Virus record (IMG/VR): IMGVR_UViG_3300043473_000123
Span: 1 to 45,228 of that record
Strand: one strand, 5' to 3'
Length of the DNA: 45,228 nt
Source: a virus
Taxonomy: Duplodnaviria; Caudoviricetes
Shown piece after piece: positions 1 to 8,093 of the stretch. Within the stretch, counting starts at the first letter, position 1. Every line of letters begins with the position of its first letter. The notes beneath the pieces were generated by a model. The model did not search any database and had not been told where the DNA came from. It saw nothing but the letters and a program-made list of their open reading frames with translations. The position numbers were made by a program, and so were the translations under genes.

Positions 1-127
1 CCGCGCGAGGCGACGCCGCCTCTGCCGTCGCAGGGCGACGGCGGCGCCGCCCCGCGCTCCCGAACCACCAAAGAACCGGAGGTCAATTCCGACGACCTCA
101 TAACCCCGGAGCAGAAAGCGGCCGGCC
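1..127. repeat. Terminal direct repeat, copy 1 (circular assembly overlap)
   Basis: Bases 1-127 are identical to 45102-45228. Confidence 0.95.
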
Positions 128-210
128 TCGCCGAGCTACATCGGATGCTCGACGAGGCCGACCGCAAACGTGCCGCCAGTCTCAACGGGCACGCGGGGGG
201 CGGCTCATGA
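1..210 (+). CDS. 3' end of the replication initiator-like gene (wraps from 44631)
   Basis: In-frame continuation PREATPPLPSQG...HAGGGS*; ATGA overlap with next gene. Confidence 0.7.
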   Translation, partial: PREATPPLPSQGDGGAAPRSRTTKEPEVNSDDLITPEQKAAGLAELHRMLDEADRKRAASLNGHAGGGS

Positions 211-542
211 GCTTCAGCTATGCCAAACTCACCGAACCCCAGAAGTGGCAGTGGCACGCCGAGGTCTACGCCCTGCGCCGTGTCATGCTCGCCGTGCCGA
301 ACGATGTCCACACCTCGCCCTGTGACACAAAGGGCGAGTGGTACGATGAGGATGCCGTCGCACGCGCCGAAGCGGTACTGCGCGCTAAAGTCGCCGCGCA
401 ATCCCAACGCTGCCAAGCCGACACCGCCGCCCGCAACGCGCTCCGCTACGGCGAGGCGGAGCAGTGGCGCAAGTCGGTTGAGCCGGCCGATGTCCCGGGA
501 TTCCGCCGGCCAGGCTTACAACAGCCCGAGGCCGCCGAATGA
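207..542 (+). CDS. Hypothetical protein
   Basis: ATGA-coupled to both neighbours. Confidence 0.6.
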   Translation: MSFSYAKLTEPQKWQWHAEVYALRRVMLAVPNDVHTSPCDTKGEWYDEDAVARAEAVLRAKVAAQSQRCQADTAARNALRYGEAEQWRKSVEPADVPGFRRPGLQQPEAAE

Positions 543-760
543 GCCAGCCCCATCGGACATGGTCGCCCGAAGCCCTCGCCCTCTTCGCCGAGTACGCACC
601 GCTCCGCGAGCCACACCGGCCGCTCGAATGCAACGACGGCGAGCCGTGCTGGGTGCGCGATGGCCCGCCCAGCATTACCCGCCACGGCCCGGCGAGCCAC
701 TGCTCCGGATGCGCCGGCCGACCCCGAAATTACCTCGGCAGGCGAGCGGTTCGGCGATGA
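539..760 (+). CDS. Hypothetical Cys-containing protein
   Basis: ATGA overlap; C-x5-C and CSGC motifs. Confidence 0.5.
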   Translation: MSQPHRTWSPEALALFAEYAPLREPHRPLECNDGEPCWVRDGPPSITRHGPASHCSGCAGRPRNYLGRRAVRR

Positions 761-875
761 GCGACGCGATGTCGATTTAACCCCTTTCGCGTATTGCGCG
801 GTTTTGTTAGGGTTTTTTGATATGCTAGCGGGGGCCAGTCCCCGGCAGGCGCAGCAGGTCGCGGCGCAAGCCTGG

Positions 876-1343
876 ATGAGGCCGTCACAAAGGCCAGAAA
901 TCCGCCTCTGGACGGTCGAGGAAGTACGGGAGAGATTGGCCGATGCCGGCGATACGCTCAGACGTTTGCCCAAGCCCCCCGGGCTCGAGCGCAGCCTGCA
1001 AGCGGCCTGGCCGGATATGCTGCGGGACTGGCTGGCCTATGGCTGGGACCGTACCCAGGTCAAGCGAGCCGCCCCCTCCCCGCAAGCGATCACCCGACTC
1101 GACGAGGTCTTAGCGTGGATGCATCTCCTAAGCCCGAGCCAGCGTATGGTGCTGTGGGCCAGGGAAGCGGAGCACATGACCTGGCGCAGGATCGGCTATT
1201 GCGATCACGCGACCAATCACGGCAAGGGCCGCGGCATCCGCCAGCTCCAAAACATCAAGCGGGACGCGGAAGCCAGAATCCTCAGCCGGCTGAACGGCAC
1301 ACCGGCCCGAATGCGATTGATGTTCCCTGGGGGAGACTCGTGA
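876..1343 (+). CDS. DUF6362-like putative late-gene transcription regulator (start uncertain)
   Basis: WTVEEVRERLADAGDTLRRLP...WPDM...PSPQAITRLDEVLAW motif, C-terminal HTH-like segment, Q-like position before the packaging genes. Confidence 0.65.
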   Translation: MRPSQRPEIRLWTVEEVRERLADAGDTLRRLPKPPGLERSLQAAWPDMLRDWLAYGWDRTQVKRAAPSPQAITRLDEVLAWMHLLSPSQRMVLWAREAEHMTWRRIGYCDHATNHGKGRGIRQLQNIKRDAEARILSRLNGTPARMRLMFPGGDS

Positions 1344-1800
1344 TCCGCGACGAGGGTAGGCGGGAATGGGTGAGATTGGATTTTGTCGATCCGAACGGGG
1401 TCATTGCCAGTGTCAGGGTCGGCCGGGAGTGGCTGGCGCCATATGCCCGCAGCCTCTTGGATGCGGCGATCAGGAATCCATGAAGGGGGGATGGCCGATG
1501 GACCGCTACGACGCTTGGCAATTGAATCCACTCCTGCCCCATATCCGGCGCGCCGCCGGTATCGACCCCGATGGCCCGCTCTTGGTGCCGATGCAGCGGC
1601 GGCAGCCTTACGAGCAAGTTGTGCAAGCGGCGCACCATCTGGCCCGGGACGTGGCGCGCGATCGGATGCTGTGTCGGGCGATCCGGGTTGGCGATTAGAA
1701 GCCCGTAGAAGCCCGTAGAGCGATGGGAAGAGCTTTGGGTGCTCCGATGCCTGAAAACCGTTTCCATGCCCTCTACGGCGTTCCTAAGGGATCTATGGCC

Positions 1801-2001
1801 CTATGTGTCTTCGAGGTCGTCTTCCAAAGCCAAGCAGGCCAGCGCCACGACGCGCGGGATCGGGGCCGCCCGGTCGGTGCCGCGCTTATGGCCGGTTTCG
1901 TAGTCGGCCAGTTGCGACACCGAGATTCCCAACGCAACCGCGGCAGCCTGTTGCGTGTAGCCCAGGCGGGCGCGCCAGGCCTTCAGGTCGGGGCCAGTCA
2001 C
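1801..2001 (-). CDS. XRE-family HTH regulator (cassette A)
   Basis: TGPDLKAWRARLGYTQQAAAVALGISVSQLADYETG; GTGA overlap with upstream gene. Confidence 0.8.
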   Translation of the reverse strand: MTGPDLKAWRARLGYTQQAAAVALGISVSQLADYETGHKRGTDRAAPIPRVVALACLALEDDLEDT

Positions 2002-2330
2002 TCGGTAATCTTTCCAAGGTTCAGCCAATTGCGCGGAAATGGCCGCATCGCCGATAGCCGCTTGTCCAGATCCGCATCACTCCGCGGCGGGTTCTCTTGC
2101 CACCACTTCGCCCACGGCAGCTCGAACAGATCTGCTATGGCCGCCGCCTCCGTCGCGCCACGACCCATGATGTCGTCCGTTGCGTTGTACGGTGAATAAA
2201 ACTCCTCGAATACCGCGAACCACGTCGCATCCGACAAATCCTGCGGGTTCAGCGCCGCTGCCCGATCGGCCGCAGTCCGCTCGTAAGTTGTCACTAAATA
2301 ACCGTTCACTTTGTCAATTCGCTTGGTCAC
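1998..2330 (-). CDS. Hypothetical protein
   Basis: Coupled ORF in the minus-strand cassette. Confidence 0.55.
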   Translation of the reverse strand: MTKRIDKVNGYLVTTYERTAADRAAALNPQDLSDATWFAVFEEFYSPYNATDDIMGRGATEAAAIADLFELPWAKWWQENPPRSDADLDKRLSAMRPFPRNWLNLGKITE

Positions 2331-2557
2331 GGCAGTGCCCCGATCTTTGCGGCGACGCGCAGCAACAGCCACAGCGCCGGCAGCAACAATGCGGCCACTG
2401 TTGCCACCATCCATTTCAGCACGGTCAAATCGGTGCGGATGGTTGCTAACTGAGTGTCATATCCAGCCGCCTCGGCGGCGGCCTCATCGGCCTTCTGGGG
2501 GTCCGCGCCGGCGCTCAGCAGCGCGTCGCGGAGCGCTCCTAACTGGAGGGCCATTAT
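2327..2557 (-). CDS. Small coiled-coil protein with C-terminal TM helix
   Basis: LGALRDALLSAGADPQKADEAA...IRTDLTVLKWMVATVAALLLPALWLLL. Confidence 0.65.
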   Translation of the reverse strand: MMALQLGALRDALLSAGADPQKADEAAAEAAGYDTQLATIRTDLTVLKWMVATVAALLLPALWLLLRVAAKIGALP

Positions 2558-2736
2558 GCGGCTATCCGTTTGTGGTAGAGCGTCCACTGCTTGGCCAACC
2601 GAGCGGCAATGGCGCGAGTGCGGACCGTGCCGCGCTTCAGCGTGATTGTCGGCAGCTCGTGACCGAACGAGTAGACGTGGTATTCAAAACCGTCAGCGGT
2701 CTTGGCGGTGTTCCAGGTGACGATGCGCTGGGTCAT
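2554..2736 (-). CDS. Hypothetical protein, first gene of cassette A
   Basis: GGAGA RBS upstream; ATGA overlap downstream. Confidence 0.6.
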   Translation of the reverse strand: MTQRIVTWNTAKTADGFEYHVYSFGHELPTITLKRGTVRTRAIAARLAKQWTLYHKRIAA

Positions 2737-2764
2737 GTGCTTGTCTCCGGTTTCGATGAATAGA

Positions 2765-2816
2765 GATATATGCGCTCAGCGCATCGAGGTCAAGGGATAA
2801 ATGCGCTGGGCGCAGA
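2765..2816 (-). promoter_or_regulatory. Sigma70-like promoter (TTGACC-N17-TATATC) with palindromic operators ATGCGC-N3-GCGCA
   Basis: atgcgctcagcgcat at 2770-2784 inside the spacer; atgcgctgggcgcag at 2802-2816. Confidence 0.6.
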
Positions 2817-2832
2817 AATATGCGGAGCGGGC

Positions 2833-3399
2833 ATGGTGGCGCGCCGGCAGGTAGCCGAAGCGCTGCACCGCCGGCCACGCGGGGGCAGACCCGATACCGG
2901 GCCGGTCTATACCGATGAGATTGCCGAAGAGATCTGTGACAGGTTGGCGGCAGGTGAGCCGCTCGCGAGTATCTGCCGCGATGCGCATATGCCTGATGAG
3001 AAAGCCGTAAGAAAATGGGTGCAAACTCGCGCCGAGACCTTTGGTCCGATGTACGCACGCGCGAGAGATATTGGATATGACAGTATTGCCGAGCGAATAC
3101 TTGAGCTGGGCGAAGACCGGGCAGAGTGTATCGGTCCTGATGGCTACATCGACAACGGTGAGATCCAGCGCCTGCGGCTGCTGAGTGACAATCGGAAGTG
3201 GCTGCTTAGCAAGATGCAGCCCAAGCGCTACGGCGATAAGGTCACCCAGGAGATCACCGGCGAGGACGGCGGGGCGTTGATCACCCGCATCGAGCTGGTG
3301 CCGGTTGACCCGAGGCCACGGCCGATGATCGAGCACGATCCTGGTCGTAATGATGGGTTTGATGGCGGGAAGAAGCCATCAAGGGTCAGGAAACGCTAG
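2833..3399 (+). CDS. terS: Terminase small subunit (Sf6 gp1-like)
   Basis: GRP...YTDEIAEEICDRLAAGEPLASICRDAHMP...RLLSDNRKWLLSKMQPKRYGDKV. Confidence 0.85.
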   Translation: MVARRQVAEALHRRPRGGRPDTGPVYTDEIAEEICDRLAAGEPLASICRDAHMPDEKAVRKWVQTRAETFGPMYARARDIGYDSIAERILELGEDRAECIGPDGYIDNGEIQRLRLLSDNRKWLLSKMQPKRYGDKVTQEITGEDGGALITRIELVPVDPRPRPMIEHDPGRNDGFDGGKKPSRVRKR

Positions 3400-3672
3400 G
3401 GTTTCTGCTGATTCTCACTGATATATTACGGAGGGTGCGTCCGTCGAACTCGGATGCTGTCTTCTATACGCGTACGCGCGAGAGGCGTATGAACCGGTCC
3501 AGCCCGGGTCATGAACCCCCGTTCGGCCACGGCCTGGCTCGTCCCATCTCTCGACCCCACCCCCAGGAGACCCCCTAAAAATTGGGTTCCCATCGCGGCT
3601 GCGGTGGCCCCGCCCCACACCGGCGTGTGTGTTGGGTGGCCCGTTTTTATTTTTTAGCTACCCGGAAAAGTT

Positions 3673-4005
3673 TCATTCAACCCTAGCGTTAGTGGGGGCC
3701 ACCGAGGTGTTCATTCGGCGGATTGGCGATACGATCGTTGGCGGATCGGTTGAGAAAGTGAGGAACTCGAAGGCGAGGTGTTCCAGCGGAACCCCGAGGG
3801 CGCCGGCGATTTTCCACAGGTTGTATGGTTCGGGGTAGCTGGTACCAAGGAGGTAATCGCTGATTCTTTGGCGGTTGCGGGCGACGCTGTAGCCGCGGTT
3901 ATCGGTGATGCTGCCCCAAACGCGGCGGGCAAGCTCTGAGTTGTTGATTCCGGCCTGTTGCATGCAGGCCTTCAGAGTCTTAGCGAAAAATTCGTATTGA
4001 GACAT
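3673..4005 (-). CDS. XRE-family HTH protein
   Basis: MQQAGINNSELARRVWG...RISDYLLGTSYPEPYNLWKIAGALGV. Confidence 0.75.
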   Translation of the reverse strand: MSQYEFFAKTLKACMQQAGINNSELARRVWGSITDNRGYSVARNRQRISDYLLGTSYPEPYNLWKIAGALGVPLEHLAFEFLTFSTDPPTIVSPIRRMNTSVAPTNARVE

Positions 4006-4143
4006 CGGAGATCCTCCTAGGCGGCCTTACCTGGCATAGATGAGCATGTGCTTTCCTCCGTTGGAAAGCCTAGTTTCTCCCCACGCCCCACATTTTTTTT
4101 TGCGCTCGGCCGCAGAGTTCGCCTCAACCCTAGGTTACACACG

Positions 4144-4314
4144 ATGAGCGCAGCAATCTGGTTTTGGATCTTTTTTGTTATTAGCCTTGTGTTTAGCGGC
4201 GGCTGGTACTGGCGCAATCAGGCGGTATTGCAGCCGTATGGGCCGTTCAGCCTGATTTTTTTCATACTGATCGGGCTATTGGGGTGGGGTGTGTTTGGCG
4301 CCCCGATCCGGTGA
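4144..4314 (+). CDS. Small two-TM membrane protein (holin-like or cassette anchor)
   Basis: MSAAIWFWIFFVISLVFSGGWYW...FSLIFFILIGLLGWGVFGAPIR. Confidence 0.6.
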   Translation: MSAAIWFWIFFVISLVFSGGWYWRNQAVLQPYGPFSLIFFILIGLLGWGVFGAPIR

Positions 4315-4339
4315 TGGTGGCATGGCAGTGAGGTTACAG

Positions 4340-4696
4340 ATGCGATACCCCGCCTTGGTGTCCGTGCCGTTGTTGCTGTTGGCGCCGTCTTTGTGCCCCG
4401 CCCAGACCGCCTTTCAGCCTGGTGGCAATACGGTGACGCTAAGCGTCACCGGCACCACGGCCCGCGTCCAGGTGCAGCCAGCCGGTGCCGGGCAGCAGAA
4501 TGTGCGCGTATATAACAGCGGTACGGTAGCGGTCTTCCTGTCCTGCGGCGATGTGGCGGTAACGGCAGCCACCGCCACCAGCATGCCGATCGCTCCCGGC
4601 ACGGTGGAGGTGATCGGCTGCGGCCAGCAATATGTGGCCGGGATCAGCGCGGGTACGGCGGCCACGGTGTACCTGACGGCAGGGAGCGGCATCTAA
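4340..4696 (+). CDS. Small beta-rich protein with signal peptide; possible capsid vertex/spike-base protein
   Basis: MRYPALVSVPLLLLAPSLCPA|QTAF; beta-strand pattern with NVRVYNSG and SMPIAPG. Confidence 0.6.
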   Translation: MRYPALVSVPLLLLAPSLCPAQTAFQPGGNTVTLSVTGTTARVQVQPAGAGQQNVRVYNSGTVAVFLSCGDVAVTAATATSMPIAPGTVEVIGCGQQYVAGISAGTAATVYLTAGSGI

Positions 4697-5572
4697 ATGA
4701 AAGGCACAGCCGCCTTTCTCGCCGCTTTGCTGCTGTCGGGGCCGGCCGACGCCTATCTGAAGGCGGGGCCGGCGGGGTACGGGCATTGGCTGCAGGGGGC
4801 GATTGCGCCGTTAGACGGCGGTGGGGCTTTCACCACCCCGGCGGCGGCCTACAGCATGCGCCGGCTGAAATCCACCTACGCCGGGCCGGGGCTAAAGCTG
4901 CGCCGGGCGACGGGCGGTACGCAGGACATAAATTTCCTTGGGTTCAGCGGCTTCACCGGGGCGCCGATCGATACCGCGGCGGCCAACGCCTTTTGCGCCA
5001 GCACCACCTGTTTCATCGACACTTGGTACGACCAGTCGGGCAATGCGCGGCATATGCTGCAGCCGACGGCGGGGAGCCAGCCGCAGTATATCGGGGCGTG
5101 CAAAGGGTCGCTGCCGTGCGCCCAGGAGACGGCCACGGCGCAGAATATGAGCGTGGCGAGCGTCGCGCCGTCGGCAGTCATCAGCCTGAGCGCGGTGGCG
5201 CAGCACGCAGTGCGGCCGGGCGGTTGCGTCTACATATCGGTCAACTTCAGCAATAACCTGTACCAGGACCCGACGACGGATGTGTTGCATCTGCAGGGGA
5301 CTGGCGGGATCAACGCGCCGGCCACCGGCCTTGCCTGGCACAGCCACACGGCGACGACCAACGGGGCGGCGAGCGTGGTCAACATCGACGGCACGGAAAC
5401 CGCCGGCACGGTGAGCGTGGCGGCGGGCGCCGGGCCGCTGTATTTCAGCCCGCAGGCGGCCGGGGCTACCTGTAATAACGCCGAGATGATCTGGTGGGAC
5501 GGGTATGCCCTGACGGGAGCAGAGCGGGCGGCGTTGCAGGCGAATCAGAAGAGCTTCTGGGGTACGCCGTGA
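4697..5572 (+). CDS. Signal-peptide protein with arabinofuranosidase-catalytic/ConA-like domain; possible head fibre or adhesin
   Basis: MKGTAAFLAALLLSGPADA|; AAAYSMRRLKSTYAGP..LRRA and CFIDTWYDQSGNARH motifs. Confidence 0.6.
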   Translation: MKGTAAFLAALLLSGPADAYLKAGPAGYGHWLQGAIAPLDGGGAFTTPAAAYSMRRLKSTYAGPGLKLRRATGGTQDINFLGFSGFTGAPIDTAAANAFCASTTCFIDTWYDQSGNARHMLQPTAGSQPQYIGACKGSLPCAQETATAQNMSVASVAPSAVISLSAVAQHAVRPGGCVYISVNFSNNLYQDPTTDVLHLQGTGGINAPATGLAWHSHTATTNGAASVVNIDGTETAGTVSVAAGAGPLYFSPQAAGATCNNAEMIWWDGYALTGAERAALQANQKSFWGTP

Positions 5573-7068
5573 GGCGCATCGCCATAGCCGCGGCGGCGCT
5601 CTTCCTGTTGCGGGCCGACATGTATCAAGATGCCAGCAACGCGGCGCAGCCGGCGGCGTCGGACAATCTGGGCAAGGCGGCGGGCGGCTATTTCGCGCCG
5701 GCCTATGGTTCCTGCACTTGGGACGCGACGCACGACGTTGGCGCCTGCGTCAACCAAGCGCTGACGGCAGCGGCGGCGGTCGGCGGCACGGTAAGCCTGC
5801 CGCCCGGCACTTACGGCCTCTCCACCAGGATCGTGTGGCCGACCGCGGCCCCGGTCAGGCTGGTTTGCCCGGGCGGCTCGTCGGCAACTCCCGCAACCAT
5901 GCTGAAGTGGATTGGCGCTGCGGCGGGGCGGATGGCGGAGGTCCGCACCGGCACCGGCAGCGTCAAGGGCGCGGCGATCACCGGCTGCGGGTTTAACGGC
6001 AACGGTGGGCTGGCGGCGGACGGTCTTTACCTCGCGAGCGTCTACAACGGGCACTTTGACGATTTGACGTTCACCGGCGGCTTTAGCGGCGGCAACGTCG
6101 TCAACCTGACGGTTGACAGCGTGACCGGCGCCGGCAGTCAGAACAATACCTTCGACAATTTGTACATCGACAACGGCACGAACTTTGGAGCCGGCTATCC
6201 GTACAGCAGCAACCAGTTGCGGCTGGGGGCGTTTATCGACGGCACCGGGGTTCATGGCAACGCGGCGTTCAACCGGGGTAACAACATTTTCATCGGTGGC
6301 AGCGGCGGCACGGGTATCCTATGCGTCGGTTGCGACAATAACTACCTGAGCGGCCGGGTATTCAATAGCGGGACGAGTGTTGACCTGACGGTGGCGGTAT
6401 CCGGCGCAAACATGTTCCCGGCCAGCGGCAATGTGTTGTCGCCGATGCAGTACACCGGCGCGGCGGTGGCCCGCGGCAAGACGACATTCCCGGCCTGCGC
6501 GTCGTACTCGACCTGCACCTATAACAATAACATCGTGATCGACAGCACCAACGCGACGCCGCAGCCAACGGTGGAGACGGGTGCGGATCTGAGTTGGGGC
6601 AGCAACAGCGGCTATCGCTCGAACTTGAGTTTGATCGGCAAGCGCCTGGTGCAGCCCGGTTTGGTGGCGGCGCACGATTATGCGATCTGGGGCGGCTGCA
6701 AGCAGAACGCGGCGCTCTACGGGACGCAGGCGACGACGTATTTGTGCAACAGCGAGAATTCGCCTTACGTCGCATTCGACAGCGTCGGCGGCGATCGGTT
6801 TCAGATCGACAGCTCGGGGTCGGCCGGCGCGCAGAGCCTGCGGTTCCAGCGCATGGCGGGGACCGGGAGTTTCGTTTTCCAGGGTGCCCCGGTCGTCGTT
6901 CCGGTGGTGGCGGTGGCGTCCTTGCCGACCTGCGACGCGACCCGCAAGCACGGGGTCATGTCGGTGTCGGACCAGAACGGCGCACCCACCTATCGCGGCG
7001 CCCTGACCGGCGGCGGCGCGATAGCGGTGCTGGCCTATTGCAACGGCACGAGCTGGGAAGCGCATTGA
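5569..7068 (+). CDS. Signal-peptide tailspike-like beta-helix (pectate-lyase-like) protein
   Basis: GTG start MRRIAIAAAALFLLRA|DMYQD; D-VGACVNQALTAAAAVGGTVSLPPGTY; Gly/Asn-rich; C-terminal VASLPTC...YCNGTSW fibre-tip-like motif. Confidence 0.7.
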   Translation: MRRIAIAAAALFLLRADMYQDASNAAQPAASDNLGKAAGGYFAPAYGSCTWDATHDVGACVNQALTAAAAVGGTVSLPPGTYGLSTRIVWPTAAPVRLVCPGGSSATPATMLKWIGAAAGRMAEVRTGTGSVKGAAITGCGFNGNGGLAADGLYLASVYNGHFDDLTFTGGFSGGNVVNLTVDSVTGAGSQNNTFDNLYIDNGTNFGAGYPYSSNQLRLGAFIDGTGVHGNAAFNRGNNIFIGGSGGTGILCVGCDNNYLSGRVFNSGTSVDLTVAVSGANMFPASGNVLSPMQYTGAAVARGKTTFPACASYSTCTYNNNIVIDSTNATPQPTVETGADLSWGSNSGYRSNLSLIGKRLVQPGLVAAHDYAIWGGCKQNAALYGTQATTYLCNSENSPYVAFDSVGGDRFQIDSSGSAGAQSLRFQRMAGTGSFVFQGAPVVVPVVAVASLPTCDATRKHGVMSVSDQNGAPTYRGALTGGGAIAVLAYCNGTSWEAH

Positions 7069-8093
7069 TGAAGCAGCGCATCCTGATCGCCGCCGGGCTG
7101 TTGCTGGTATCGAGTGCGGTATTGGCCGATATGTTTCAGGACGCCGGCAACGCCAAACTGCCGGACGCCCGGCAGAACCTGGAATTGGGCACGACGCGGT
7201 CGGAGGGGAGCAACCTGCCCAACGCCGATGCGGTGACGCGGTTTTACACCTACAGCAATGCTCCGGGCGACCTCGTCAATTACGGCACCAAGGTGCAGTT
7301 CCAGGTCAATAGCGAGCCGGATGCGGCGGATTACGCAGTGGAGCAGGCGGGAAAATCGGATGGTGACGGGCAGGGGCAGGGCGCGACCCGGCTATGCACG
7401 ACAATCCTCGGCAGCACCGCGAACTGCAATTATATGAGCCTCGGCAAAAACTCTATTCATCTGTTCGGCAATGGCGCCGGGCGTCTCCTGGAGATCGGCT
7501 CGGTGGCGGCGGCGCCGGTCAATGCCTGGCCGAAGCTGTTACCGGGGGACGATGCGACGGCGCGGTTGTGGGTAATGACCGGCGCGACGGTTAACGCGAG
7601 TCTGGAGCTGAAGCCAAAGGGCGCCGGCAGCGTCAATATCGCCTCGACAACGGGAGGCCCGCCGCTATCGCTTATCGGGTCGCCGGGCGGGGCCCAGCCG
7701 GCGGTTATCAGTTCCCCGGCAGCGGGGGTGCAGATCAACGGTCACCGCGCGGTGACGCACACCAATTTGGGGGCGTACACGGTCCCGTCAGAGGAGACCG
7801 GGACGCATTATCACAATACCGGGGCGGTTGGGGCGTCGACGCTGACCTTGCCGCCTGCCGTGGTGACGCCCGGGCTGGGCGGGGTTTATTACTGTTTCTC
7901 GGTGGATGCGGCTTTCAGCGTTGTCGTCAAGGCGGCCGGCACCGACAAGATCGCGATCGGCGCCAGCAATAGCGCGGCTGGCGGCCAGATTTCGGCGACC
8001 CAGCCTTATGCCAGTATCTGCCTTGAAACCCACAAGACCGGGCAATGGTTTGCCACCAGCACGCCGGATAAAAGCCAATGGACGGTGCTGTGA
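7068..8093 (+). CDS. Signal-peptide tail-fibre-like protein
   Basis: MKQRILIAAGLLLVSSAVLA|DMFQDAGNAKLPDARQNLELG; LELKPKGAGSV and TLTLPPA...AAGTDKI fibre-like motifs. Confidence 0.65.
   Translation: MKQRILIAAGLLLVSSAVLADMFQDAGNAKLPDARQNLELGTTRSEGSNLPNADAVTRFYTYSNAPGDLVNYGTKVQFQVNSEPDAADYAVEQAGKSDGDGQGQGATRLCTTILGSTANCNYMSLGKNSIHLFGNGAGRLLEIGSVAAAPVNAWPKLLPGDDATARLWVMTGATVNASLELKPKGAGSVNIASTTGGPPLSLIGSPGGAQPAVISSPAAGVQINGHRAVTHTNLGAYTVPSEETGTHYHNTGAVGASTLTLPPAVVTPGLGGVYYCFSVDAAFSVVVKAAGTDKIAIGASNSAAGGQISATQPYASICLETHKTGQWFATSTPDKSQWTVL

Noticed and set aside
1697-1719. Short tandem repeat agaagcccgt x2
   Set aside because: Only two units in an intergenic gap, with no supporting context
5494-7067. 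ORF-track starts at 5494 and 6594 (and similarly 24523, 27388, 38272)
   Set aside because: They overlap upstream genes extensively; coupled starts at 5569, 7068, 24895, 27604 and 38377 fit better and, for the first two, expose signal peptides
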